Source: Octopus bimaculoides (lineage: Eukaryota). From it: DNA of 64,000 nucleotides. Positions 52,371-63,889 of the stretch are shown in pieces. Numbering within the stretch: the first letter of the stretch is position 1; each line of letters starts with the position of its first letter. The translations under genes and the position numbers were made by a program. Where the stretch lies: contig NC_068982.1 in the NCBI RefSeq assembly GCF_001194135.2, positions 78,573,389 to 78,637,388 of the forward strand, written 5' to 3'. The notes under the pieces are model-generated. The model searched no databases. It saw nothing but the letters and a program-made list of their open reading frames with translations, and was not told the DNA's origin.

Positions 52371-53866
52371 CAACCCCCTTAACATTCAGATTACTCTATC
52401 AAATGTAATGTTTATTTATTCACATTGTTTTGAATTAATCATGAATTATCTTGTACTTTCAAGATTTTGATATAGTAATTGTTTTATTCTTTTCCTGTGG
52501 GTGTTAATCTTAATAGTTCGAGTAGAACATTAACAGCAGTTGCAGAGGGCCAAAAGTTATGGACACTGCCCCTTCTTTCAGACTTTGCAAAGTAAAAAAG
52601 AAAAATACATCCACACACACACACACAATGGGCTTCTGCACAGTTTCTAGCTCCAGGAGTAGCATTAGAAAAGGCATCAAGGCACCTAGGAGAACAATAA
52701 CTCCAAATAATAATTGGTTCAGGCCATGATGACCTGACCAATTCTTGGCAACGATGATGATGACAATGATGATGATAATACCTGCCATCAGTACCAACAA
52801 TGACAACAATGATACATAAACGTATTTTACTTACTCCCACATTTTACAGAGTTTATTTGATGCATTTTATGTTTGCACCACCAACACTACCAGAATGAGG
52901 TTGTCATGTCCTTCACAAGACTGAAGAGTCCTTTTCTCTACTTCAGCTTCTCTATTTGTTTGCTGATCTCTTTACAGGCTGTACCTGGTGCACTTTACAG
53001 CGGCACCAGCACTATAGAAGCAAAACTAAAGCGTTCTCTCCTTTTAATTTTGTGTTCATTGTTTAAGGCAAAAGTGGCCAAAAGAGTTAGATCTGCCATG
53101 AGCCCAAGGACTTATAAAACCAGGAGTTAACCTGGTTTTTATGACATATAAATGACTGAAACTACAACAGTCCTCCCTAAATGAGACATCAGTCCATTAC
53201 AGGGTTAACTTCTCTGTTATTGTTGGGATTTGTCTACCATTGATAGGACTGAAGTAACATGAAATGAAGTGCTTTGTTCAAGAAAATGTACCATCTGGTC
53301 TGGGAATTGAAACCACAATCTTATGATCGTTAGTGCAGCACCCTAACCATTAGGCCACATGGCTTCAGCAAGAAGGGTGAATAGAAAAGAGTTTTGACCA
53401 AAAGAAAATCAAGACAAGAGAGTGAGAGAAGAGAGAGAATGAGTATGAGAAAGATTAGGAAAATAGATTGATAGGAATGAAAGAGTGGAAAGGGTGGTGT
53501 AATGACAAAGAAACAGACAGAGATAGGCAGCTAAGTATTGGTTGTTGGTAAGGAAATTGAATAGAAAATCAGTTCTATTGGTATGGTGGGGATAAGAAAG
53601 AGGGATAGGAGATGGGGTGATGACAGAAGGCGTAATAGAAGTGAATGGGGAGCAATGTGTATCAGCAGTGATAGAAGATATGTTATGTGAGTTATGTGAG
53701 TGAGAAAGAAAGAGAGAGAAAGAGGAATGATTAAATAAGAGTAATAAAGATTGGTGATGACATAATACAGTAACATGAGTGAGAGAGTTGATAGATGAGA
53801 ATGTAATGAATAAGAGGAGGGCAGTAGATAGAGGCTTAAGAAAAACAGACTGCATGAGAGACCCAA

Positions 53867-54716
53867 ATGTATTGGATCATCCCATAAATAATGCAGTTTT
53901 TCAATTGCATGAACTAATAGTTGGAGGGGGATGGGATAAGCTACCTGTATCAACTTGCTACAAAAGCAGGTAGTAATTTTACCTTGTCCTTATTCTTTTT
54001 GCAAATTTTGAAGAGTGTAGTTCGATTTTAACCGTTATTTTTTCAAAGCTATATTGGAAGTGACAAAGGAGCATATCTGGCATATTTTGGTTTATGAGTT
54101 CAATAAAGCAACAATGCAACAAAGAGTGCGAAGAATATTAATGCAGTATATGGGGATTGAACAATAAATGTAAGGCTGTATCAACAGTGGTTCCAGAAAT
54201 TCTGAGCTTGGAAGACAAGCCTCTTCCAGGAAGATCTATAGAGATTGACAAGGACGTCCTGTAAACCCTGGTGGAACAAAATCCCATTGTAATTGTTAAG
54301 GAACTAGCAGAGAAGCTAGATGAAAGGTATTCTGCCATCAGGATTAATGTTCAGCCACATACAGTGAGGATGACATTCCATAGGCTGGAACAGTTTGAAT
54401 GGGAAACGATGCCCATCCACCATATATGCCAGACATTGCCCCATCTGATTATCATTTATTCTGCAGTCTTCAAAACCATTTCGACAGAAAAAATATAAAT
54501 TCTGTAGATGAGGCCAGAACAGTACTGAAGGAATATTTTTCATCACAGACAAGTGAATTTTGGAAGAGAGGCCTTGCAAGTCTACCTGATAGATGGAAGA
54601 GCATTGTAGATAATGAAGGAGATTATATTTTAGATTTAAAAATAACTTAGTTTATCTTAATTTTGAGAAATAAAAGAAGTATAAAAAAACACATTATTTA
54701 TGGGATGACTCAATAT
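53867..54716 (+). mobile_element. Internally deleted mariner (about 850 bp) with both TIRs
   Basis: TIRs tattggatcatcccataaataatg (53867) and cattattttatgggatgactcaata-TA (54716). Carries an N-terminal HTH, then HPPYMPDIAPSDYHLFCSLQNHF...FW.RGL..LPDRWKSIVDNEGDY. Confidence 0.92.
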
Positions 54717-54723
54717 ATAGAAT

Positions 54724-55160
54724 ACACGGGCATACCTCACCCTACATCATTAATTGGTTCCAGGAGACACGACTTAAGTTGAAAAATTACTGAAGTCAAA
54801 TTAACTTGCCTCTAGGCTAGGCTAGGCTGAATTTACATGTCTCCAGGCTAAACTGATAATAACCATTTCCAGTTCTGTACTTTATTTATGAATGCATTTT
54901 CAGTAATACATGGTTAATAAAAACCTATTTTAAGCTTAGAAACAATAATTTTATTTTTTAATACAATACAGAAAAAAATAAGTAATCTTAATTTACAAAT
55001 ATAATTTGGTGGGGTTTACCGTGTAGGTGCGGTTACCTACTCTGATGGCGGCTGCCTAATTAGCTGGCCAATAGAAGGCACACACACCATTAAGGTTCAG
55101 ATACACACCTCTTCCGCTTTTTGCATCGAGATGCTAGACTGTGAAGATGTGACCTAACTG
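54724..55160 (-). mobile_element. Tigger-like element terminal segment
   Basis: TIR tacacgggcatacctc matches the reverse complement of gaggtatgccagta at 60497-60510. 54880-55020 is homologous to 59238-59400. Confidence 0.6.
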
Positions 55161-55288
55161 GCTTTTTTACAACACATGGTGACTAGCAGACAGGAGGCAA
55201 TGCACAGGAGAAGATCATGGCGTTCACACATCAAACCATTTCCATTTATTATTCAGCTTGTATATATATGTGAGGCCAATATTAAAGG

Positions 55289-55641
55289 TGTAGTAACGCT
55301 GTGTGCATGCGTAGTCTCACGCATGCATAGAATTAAACAACCAAACTTTCCTGCTTTAATCTTTCTCTTTTACGGTCGGCCGACCATGAGCATGGACGTG
55401 TGCTAAAGCTGTCTCTACATCTTTCGGACTTACACAAGACAGCTCGCTCACAACTACAGAACAACGTCCCAACAACTATGCTCATACACACAGAAGCTGT
55501 AACAACAAGAACTAATGATGTACATATTTACCACCTAAATAAAGTGTTGTTTAAGTTGGTGTTCAGCGTTCCGTTATATTCTATAATTTTATAGTAGGAA
55601 GTCAGGTATACAATCTAAAGATGTATAACCCACTTTCTACA
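55289..55641 (+). repeat. LTR-A, 5' long terminal repeat (353 bp, TG...CA)
   Basis: Starts TGTAGT, ends ttctACA, contains aataaa, and is followed after 4 nt by a PBS. Highly similar to 56730-57085. Confidence 0.88.
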
Positions 55642-55645
55642 AAAG

Positions 55646-55678
55646 TGGTGACCCCGGACGTGATTCGATCACGCAGCC
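55646..55678 (+). promoter_or_regulatory. Primer-binding site complementary to tRNA-Trp 3' end (extended, 33 nt)
   Basis: The reverse complement GGCTGCGTGATCGAATCACGTCCGGGGTCACCA resembles the eukaryotic tRNA-Trp variable loop, T-arm, acceptor stem and CCA (recalled as ...GG[C/T]TGCGTGTTCGAATCACGTCGGGGTCA-CCA). Confidence 0.85.
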
Positions 55679-56729
55679 CGCTGAGCTGCAATAACCCACT
55701 TTCTACTAAAGTGGTGACCCCCGACGAAGAAAAATGCAGCATGGACTCTGGACTACCAACCTATAACTGGTGAACCCCGACTAAAGAACAAATACGGCCA
55801 TGGAGACTGAACTACACATTACCAACATCTCCAACCATAGTCAACACGACTCAACAAGAGCGGTTTTTATTCTCACCTCTGTTAGAGTGGATTTTTCCAC
55901 TCACGAAAAACAGACAGGAATTACAGCCTGCTTTTTATTATGTTTTTATATGTCGCATTTCACACTCTCACATACACNNNNNNNNNNNNNNNNNNNNNNN
56001 NNNNNNNNNNNNNNNNNNNNNNNNNNNNNNNNNNNNNNNNNNNNNNNNNNNNNNNNNNNNNNNNNNNNNNNNNNNNNNNNNNNNNNNNNNNNNNNNNNNN
56101 NNNNNNNNNNNNNNNNNNNNNNNNNNNNNNNNNNNNNNNNNNNNNNNNNNNNNNNNNNNNNNNNNNNNNNNNNNNNNNNNNNNNNNNNNNNNNNNNNNNN
56201 NNNNNNNNNNNNNNNNNNNNNNNNNNNNNNNNNNNNNNNNNNNNNNNNNNNNNNNNNNNNNNNNNNNNNNNNNNNNNNNNNNNNNNNNNNNNNNNNNNNN
56301 NNNNNNNNNNNNNNNNNNNNNNNNNNNNNNNNNNNNNNNNNNNNNNNNNNNNNNNNNNNNNNNNNNNNNNNNNNNNNNNNNNNNNNNNNNNNNNNNNNNN
56401 NNNNNNNNNNNNNNNNNNNNNNNNNNNNNNNNNNNNNNNNNNNNNNNNNNNNNNNNNNNNNNNNNNNNNNNNNNNNNNNNNNNNNNNNNNNNNNNNNNNN
56501 NNNNNNNNNNNNNNNNNNNNNNNNNNNNNNNNNNNNNNNNNNNNNNNNNNNNNNNNNNNNNNNNNNNNNNNNNNNNNNNNNNNNNNNNNNNNNNNNNNNN
56601 NNNNNNNNNNNNNNNNNNNNNNNNNNNNNNNNNNNNNNNNNNNNNNNNNNNNNNNNNNNNNNNNNNNNNNNNNNNNNNNNNNNNNNNNNNNNNNNNNNNN
56701 NNNNNNNNNNNNNNNNNNNNNNNNNNNNN

Positions 56730-57085
56730 AACGCCGTGCGCAAGCATAGTCTCACGCATGCGTAGAATTAGACAACCAAACTTTCCCGCTTTAATCTTTC
56801 TCTTTTATGGTCGGCCGACCATGAGCATGGACGTGTGCTAAAGCTGTCTCTACATCTTTCGGACTTACACAAGACAGCTCGCTCACAACTACAGAACAAC
56901 GTCCCAACAACTATGCTCATACACACAGAAGCTGTAACAACAAGAACTAATGATGTACATATTTACCACCTAAATAAAGTGTTGTTTAAGTTGTTTAGTC
57001 TGGTGTTCAGCGTTCCGTTATATTCTTTAATTTTATAGTAGAAAGTCAGGTATACAATCTAATGATGTATAACCCACTTTCTACT
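56730..57085 (+). repeat. LTR-A, 3' long terminal repeat (5' end in gap)
   Basis: Copy of 55297-55641 with scattered substitutions and a roughly 10-nt indel (gttgtttagtctggtg vs gttggtg). Confidence 0.85.
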
Positions 57086-57087
57086 GA

Positions 57088-59221
57088 AAAGGTATTTAAG
57101 GCTACAGCCTTGTTCTACATATTTCTTTGTACCGTGTTCCAATCAAATGATATTACAGCCTTCTGAGTAGAGTCATATTTAGATGGCTCCATGACCCTGA
57201 TGCAAACAGCACCATCTAAAATGGTGACCCAACATGGTACACAGTTTATCTAAAATGGTGACCCGACGTGGAACACACACTATCTAAAAGGGCAACCTGA
57301 TGCAGTGTACACCACAATTCCTTCTAAAATGGTGAACCCCAGACGAATTTCTGACCAGTGGATATATATTCCTTTTTCTCCTTCTCGACTTCGTCTACAC
57401 GACCAGACTGCCATTCATCATATAGGAACATACCACTTCTCTCTCTCGTCGTCATATTGCTTTCTTCACCAGAAAATTTTGGCACCATTTTCAAGTGGGA
57501 AACTACACATCATTTCTTTCCTCATGTTGTAACTGAATTTACAACTTGGTCCTTCGAAGACACAGCATCCCAGGAGAATTTTCTACTTGCATATAAAAAA
57601 AGAAGAAAATTATCCAGAATTTTCTCCACAATTCACATGGACAACAATTTTCCCTATGTGCCAGGTATGAGTTTCTCTCTCTCATGTGTTGACCATGTTT
57701 TGTTCTTTATCAGTTAGCAAGGACTTCTCTTATTTCATTCTCTGTTACCGAAAGAAAAAAATTCCTAGTTCAATGCTCGTCGTGTCTTCTTTCAGCTAAG
57801 GTGTTTTGACTGCTATTTCTAACAGCGTTTCTTTCAACCAGCTTATTCTTTATGGCATTCCGTTCCTATTATTGTCTAAAGATGAGTAATTTTCCTTTGT
57901 CTCAATGTGCATCTATGTCCTCCTCTCGAACTTGTACTTCTGCTCTGGACAACATGCAATCCTCCGAAATCTTATGGGCCATGGTAGAACTGACCTGTGA
58001 GGCTGCACGCATGTGCAGGGACCACTCTTCTTCATGGAGCTATTGTGCATTGAGGACCACACATTGCTCTTTCTCATATGTATGCGTGCCTCAATTTGTT
58101 GGTACCATAGGAAATTCAAGGACCAAGCCAAAGAGTGTACACAGCCCTGCTCTTATGCTTCTTAGGTAAACTAGGCAGGGAGGTGCTGGGCATGTCAGTC
58201 ATCTCCCTCATCGATTCACCTTACCATGCATTTTTAATCCAAGATGCTATTTCTTCAAAGTCCTTTATGGGTATCAGCATAAGCATTTGGCCTCAAATAT
58301 TTACTTTCACCAATCCTGGTCTTTCTGACATCTCTCTCTTTCTGACATCTCTCTCTATGTGGTTAATCACTCCACCATCAAAACCTTCGGACAAATCTCT
58401 CTTACCCTGGATTTATCACTCTGTAGGGATTTCAAGTGGATCTTCGTCATTGGAGACCTGCCTTATCCCGTTTTTGGTGCTGATTTCTTACATCACTATT
58501 CTCTCCTTGTGGACGTTAGAGGACGCTGACTCATTGATGACACCACTTCACCTGCCGTCTTCAGAAAGCACTTCCTGGACAGATGTTGGTGCTTGTCGAC
58601 TTACCAAATGCAGATCCCACATCTTACGTCATGCGACTTGGGTCATTCTTTGGTGACCTGCCACCAGTGCTTCCTCACAACCAGTCTATTCCTTCCACAG
58701 TACCTCTGGATATTTCTACTTGGACTCATACCTTTGTAAGAAATGATGCTGTCAAGGGACCACTCAGACCTCCCTACACTGGACCCTATCATGTTCTTAG
58801 AAGCACACCGAAACTGTTCATTGTGGAAAAAAAGAGACTGTCTCTATCAACAGAGTAAAAAAAGCCTTTTCCGAAAAACTTGTGCCACTTGCTGACACAC
58901 CCATCATTCTACAAACACTGCCACTGCTACCCCCACCCCCACAAGCACCACCTCCACTCACTAAAACACCAACTACACAAATGCATGCTTCCCCTTACAT
59001 GACACGTTCTGGCAGATCGGTTCATTGGCTGAAAAAATTGTCTCAGACTATTTAAAGGTATTTAAGGCTACAACCTTGTTCTACGTATTTCTTTGCACTG
59101 TGTTCCTATCAAATGATATTACAGCCTTCAGAGTAGAGTCATATTTAGATGGCTCCACAACCCTGATACAAACAGCACCATCTAAAATGGTGACCCAATG
59201 TGGAACACAGATTATCTAAAA
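57088..59221 (+). mobile_element. CsRn1/Kabuki/Boudicca-type Gypsy LTR retrotransposon, internally deleted (gag end, protease, integrase C-terminus; no RT/RNase H recognised)
   Basis: LTR-B segments 57088-57250 and 59055-59221, and Trp-type PBS TGGTGACCC. Gag CHCC knuckle CWYHRKFKDQAKECTQPC (58097-58150, CX2HX9CX3C). Protease FKWIFVIGDLPYPVFGADFLHHYSLLVDV. Integrase THTFVRNDAVKGPLRPPYTGPYHVL..VSINRVK and TRSGRSVHW. Confidence 0.88.
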
Positions 59222-59224
59222 CTG

Positions 59225-60510
59225 TACATCGCGGATGCTTTATTTATGAATGCGGTTTGCAATAACACATGTTAAGATAAAAGCCTTTTTTTAAGCTTAA
59301 AAAACAAATTCAGTAATTATTATTATTTTGAAATAATAAAAAAAACTAGAATATTTCAAATTTACCAATACATACATACAATTTGGTGGTTTACATCGCA
59401 GATGTAGATGGCTGTGGATAGTTAACATCAACAGCTGACTCTGGCTGTTCTTGTTGTTCGATGCACTTAAAAATCCAGTTGAGAGTTCCTTGAACTGTTT
59501 TCTTCTTTTCCTCAAGCAAAAGCTTCTTGACAAGCCCCCATAATCTTGGAAAAGCGTTAAGTATTTGGATCCATATCCTTGAACATAGAAAGACCTTTTT
59601 CAATATATGCAAATGCTTGCTGCATTTAAAAAAATTTTAAAGTGATGTGGCTCAAGTTCGACTTCCTCTTCTTCTTTATTTTGCTGCTTGTGAAACTCTC
59701 TCAAATCCTCATTCGTCAGGGGATGCTTGTCTTTTTCAAATAAATCTGTGAAATCCTCCTCCTCCAACCAGAAAGAAGACTTTTCATTTCTTCAAAGATT
59801 TTGCCTCTTTTCTTATTGATGACAGTGTTCTTCATCCCTAGGGCTTCAGATTTTATATGTGCTAAAATCTTGTCCTTATTGTGTACAATTGTCGATACAG
59901 TTGTCTGACTCATCCCAAAAGACCGTGCAATTGCTACCACCTTTTCACCTTTTTCATGGCGTTTTATCATAGCCAGTTTATTTTCCAGTGTTATAGCATG
60001 ACGCTTAGCACTTTCACTATGAATTTTCTTAGGAGCCATGGGGGCATAAAATAAAGTCACAAATGAATGAGAATGAGAAAATAGCCAATAAACAGAAGTA
60101 AACAAATCTGAATTCAAAACAAGCATGAGTGACTACGATGCCTAACTGTAGATATTGGAACTACAGTGCAATATGAGCTTTGAAAGACCAATAAATAAAA
60201 TAACACAGCTGATTTCGTGATTTCGTTCTCTCAGCTACGCTACTTTATGTTGTATATCTTAACATTTACTGTACATATTTTAATATGATTTTATATGCTT
60301 TTAGTCTTATTTACTGTAAAGTAGCATGATTTTATGTGCTTTTAATGGTTTGCTCATGATTTTACGCATCCAATATTTGTGGTGGACAGACATAAAGTCA
60401 AGTAAAATGGCTTAACTAGGTTTTTATTTTTCCATATATTATTTTTGAAAACCAACGTATAATCAAAATTGACTTAAATCGAAACGACTTAAGCCGAGGT
60501 ATGCCAGTAC
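59225..60510 (-). mobile_element. Tigger/pogo element, internally deleted (CENP-B-type HTH retained)
   Basis: MAPKKIHSESAKRHAITLENKLAMIKRHEKGEKVVAIARSFGMSQTTVSTIVHNKDKI...EEMKSLLSGW (59716-60126). TIR ...aagccgaggtatgccagTA. Confidence 0.88.
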
Positions 60511-61424
60511 AAGTCAAAGTTCCATCTCTAACATCATCTAATGTCAGTGTTCCATGCTGGCATGGGTTAGATGCATGTGTATGTGTGCATTGGGCCTCTG
60601 TCAGTTAAAGTTGACCATACATGTGGTATAAGTGTCAGTGTAAGTCTGGATAAGATTTTTGAAGACTAAGCAATTGCTCATAAAAGTCTTCCTTCTCCCC
60701 ATATATCTTTATCATGGGTATCAGAATTAAACCCTCACTTAATTTAACACTGCCACCTGGTATTTTAAATACTTTTAGTTGAGTCCATCCTGTCACAAAC
60801 TTTCAGGTCAGGTCTCCAACTCCTCCCTTTCACCTGTTTCAGAGCACCCCACCTCCTAACTAAAATACTTACATGGTAGGTAGGTCTGCTCCAGCACCAT
60901 GCAATATAACCCACTATTGGTTTTTGGCATTTCCTTCATGAGGTCCAGTTTCCCCAAGAGATCTGTCTTCACTATGTCATCTCATAGGTCTTGGCTCTTC
61001 CATAAGTTCCATATGCTTTGAGGACTTACCACTTCTTCATGCAACTGACCACCGCTCTATGCATCTCATGTCCATACCAATACAGTCTTCTGTCTTTCAT
61101 CATACATTTGATTCCTCCAGTTTTTTTTTCTTTCAGCTCATTTGTGATTATTGATTATGCAACACTGACATTACACATCCAATGGAGCATGCTCACCTAA
61201 TTTCTTTCTAACCTTCACAAATCTATATTCAAGATGCTCACATCTGTTCTGTGTGTGTGTTGTGTGTGTGTGTAGAATAGATTAGACTTGGTTGTTGTTT
61301 TACAACTGGTCTGCTCTTTGTATAGAAAATTCAGTATACTGGTGTTGATATTTTATTATAACAAACAAGGCAAACAGTATGTCTCAAAGAAATAAATTAT
61401 ACACACTTGAATGGGAAGAAAGTT

Positions 61425-61463
<39 letters not shown>

Positions 61464-61484
61464 TATGTATGTATGCATGATGAG

Positions 61485-61790
61485 AGCATGCATGGCCTAA
61501 TGGTTTGGGTGTTACACTCATGATCATGAGATTGTGGTTTCAATTCCTGCATTGGATGGTGCATTGTGTCCTTGAGAAAAACATTTCATCTCACATTGCT
61601 CTACGATCACTTTGACACCTGATGTAAAGTACATGTGCACCTCTTTCAGGAAGTAAGTGAGCTAATATACAGCACATACATTTGATCTTTACAAGTAAAC
61701 AGCATTTGTGCAGGTTGTTCAGCAAGATATTTCTGGACTGTCTTTCTCAGACATTTATGAATTTGTGTTGCATGACACCTGATGTGAAAT
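61485..61790 (+). mobile_element. tRNA-derived SINE (family 1)
   Basis: catggcctaatggtttgggtg..gtggtttcaattcctg..tgtgtccttgagaaaaacatttcat. Confidence 0.7.
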
Positions 61791-62080
61791 CATGTGTTGA
61801 AACAGATACTGTTGTATTTTGGGATAGCCATTTACTTTTTTTTGCCAAATAAACACACACACTATATATTTGTTCTTATTCTAACTCATGTCCATTGCCT
61901 GGAAATCTTTTGTCACACGTCTGTGACCTCTTCAGCGACACTTTCCATCCTCATGTGTGCTCTTGCTCCACTTATTTCCAGACTATGGACATGAGTTAGA
62001 ATAAGAACAGTAATAAATGAGTGAAGAACAAATATATAGTGCATGTGTTTATTTGGAAAAAAAAATTACCATCCCGAAAT

Positions 62081-62120
<40 letters not shown>

Positions 62121-62126
<6 letters not shown>

Positions 62127-62697
62127 TATTCATTTAAAATATAGAGATGCCTATAATAGGACATCTACCCGCTAGAAAAAGTAGCAAAAAACTCTATACC
62201 ACAAAAATAGGGATAATTTCGAAAGAGAATGAAAAATAAAAACATTTTTACCAGTTTGGTAAAAATATTTTAAATGAATAATATATATGTAGTCTATTGA
62301 CTAATTTTTTATTCTCGCTGGACCACTGGTGGTAAATTAAATTTCTAAAATTTATTTTGCTGCCCTATGATTAATAATGATATATATATACNNNNNNNNN
62401 NTGCTGCCCTATGATTAATAATGAAAGAGAATGAAAAATAAAAACATTTTTACCAGTCTGGTAAAAATGTTTTTATTTTTCATTCTCTTTCGAAATTATC
62501 CCTATTTTTGTGGTATAGAGTTTTTTGCTACTCTTTCTAGCGGGTAGATGTCCTATTATAGGCATCTCTATATTTTAAATGAATAATATATATGTAGTCT
62601 ATTGACTAATTTTTTATTCTCGCTGGACCACTGGTGGTAAATTAAATTTCTAAAATTTATTTTGCTGCCCTATGATTAATAATGATATATATATACA
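62121..62697. repeat. Long inverted repeat / spacerless palindrome, in two versions around a 10-N gap
   Basis: 62423-62456 and 62458-62491 are a perfect 34-bp palindrome with a 1-nt centre. 62121-62254 is the reverse complement of 62458-62591 (134 bp, 1 mismatch seen). 62267-62391 is duplicated at 62573-62697. Confidence 0.9.
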
Positions 62698-63149
62698 CAT
62701 AACAGTGGCAACTCCGGCACTCGGGCTGTTCAGGCTTAGCCCGAGTATAAATTTAATAAAGTGAACATGCATTTGCAAGCTGATTTAATTTCTACCAACA
62801 CTGACATCAAGTATATAATTGCAGCCAATAACTTGAGCTCCTTTTACTGAGCCTGATTACAATTCGTTTATTTTTGTTCAGCATCTCCTGGTTGTGTTAG
62901 ACGTGGCCTGTGTCAAAAAAATATTCATAGCAGACATTCTCTTGACATTCTTTACATGCATCTGACTTGGGGCTCAGAAGTTACTGCCTGAGTTGTTATC
63001 TATTGTTGTAAAATTAAAAGTAATTCAAATTCAATGTTTTCTTAAAAAAATAAATTTCTAAAGAGATTAGGATTTAAATTCCACTCTATGAAAAGTTTCC
63101 TTTCTACAATATTCTTAAAGAAATGAAAAATTAGCCAGTAACTCGGGCC

Positions 63150-63406
63150 AATACGAATGAGCCTGGTAGGTGTAAAGGACTAACTGACATCTCTTGTCAA
63201 GAGTACAGGTGACAATCAGATCAGTAATGTTTGTTGTGCACTCTGCTTTCAATATTTGATTGCTTGTTATCCAATAACATGAGCTAATATGAACGAGTCT
63301 GGTAGGTGTAAAGGACTAACTAACATCTCTTGTCAAGAGTACAAGCAACAGTCAGATCACTGATGTTTGTTGTGCACTCCATTTTCATTATTTGATTCCT
63401 GTTATT
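63150..63406 (+). repeat. Two-copy 136-bp tandem repeat
   Basis: aatacgaatgagcctggtaggtgtaaaggactaactgacatctcttgtcaagagtac... (63150) and aatatgaacgagtctggtaggtgtaaaggactaactaacatctcttgtcaagagtac... (63286). Confidence 0.9.
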
Positions 63407-63777
63407 CTGTGCATCTGTGTGTAACGATCAGTTGCAATTTGCTTGGTTACCTTATTTTTAGCCTCAATTTAGAAATGGAGAAAGACAAGTGGTAGAAATA
63501 GAAAATAAGCCATTTGGGGCTAGAAATATTGCAGAAAAACATGAGCCATTCTTTTGTTAGCGGCAGCAAACTTGCTTACTGTTAATATATCTGTGCACAT
63601 ATAAGTCTGTTGTCTGCATTATGTCTCTTACCTTCTTTTATATATGTGTCTTATGCGAAATCTGTGATGAGCCCAAGTGATGCTGATGACCCCTGGAGTC
63701 ACCTGAGATATATATCTATATCTATATATATATGTACGTATGAGTATATATATATATATATATATATGTACGTATGA

Positions 63778-63816
<39 letters not shown>

Positions 63817-63889
63817 TATATTCATACATACATATATAAGTATGTATATATGTATGAATATATATATATATTTATATGTAGGTGTGTGT

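Noticed and set aside
52950-53130. Strong plus-strand acceptor (ctgatctctttacag) followed by an open frame
   Set aside because: No good donor, no recognisable peptide, and the strand is opposite to the other exon candidates.
57214-57345. CRISPR-like repeat/spacer appearance of the 34-nt units
   Set aside because: The context is eukaryotic with no cas genes. The repeated part is an LTR end plus tRNA-Trp PBS, and the 'spacers' are related to each other.
63640-63710. GAAA...CTGATGA arrangement suggesting a permuted hammerhead
   Set aside because: No complementary stems could be formed around the boxes.
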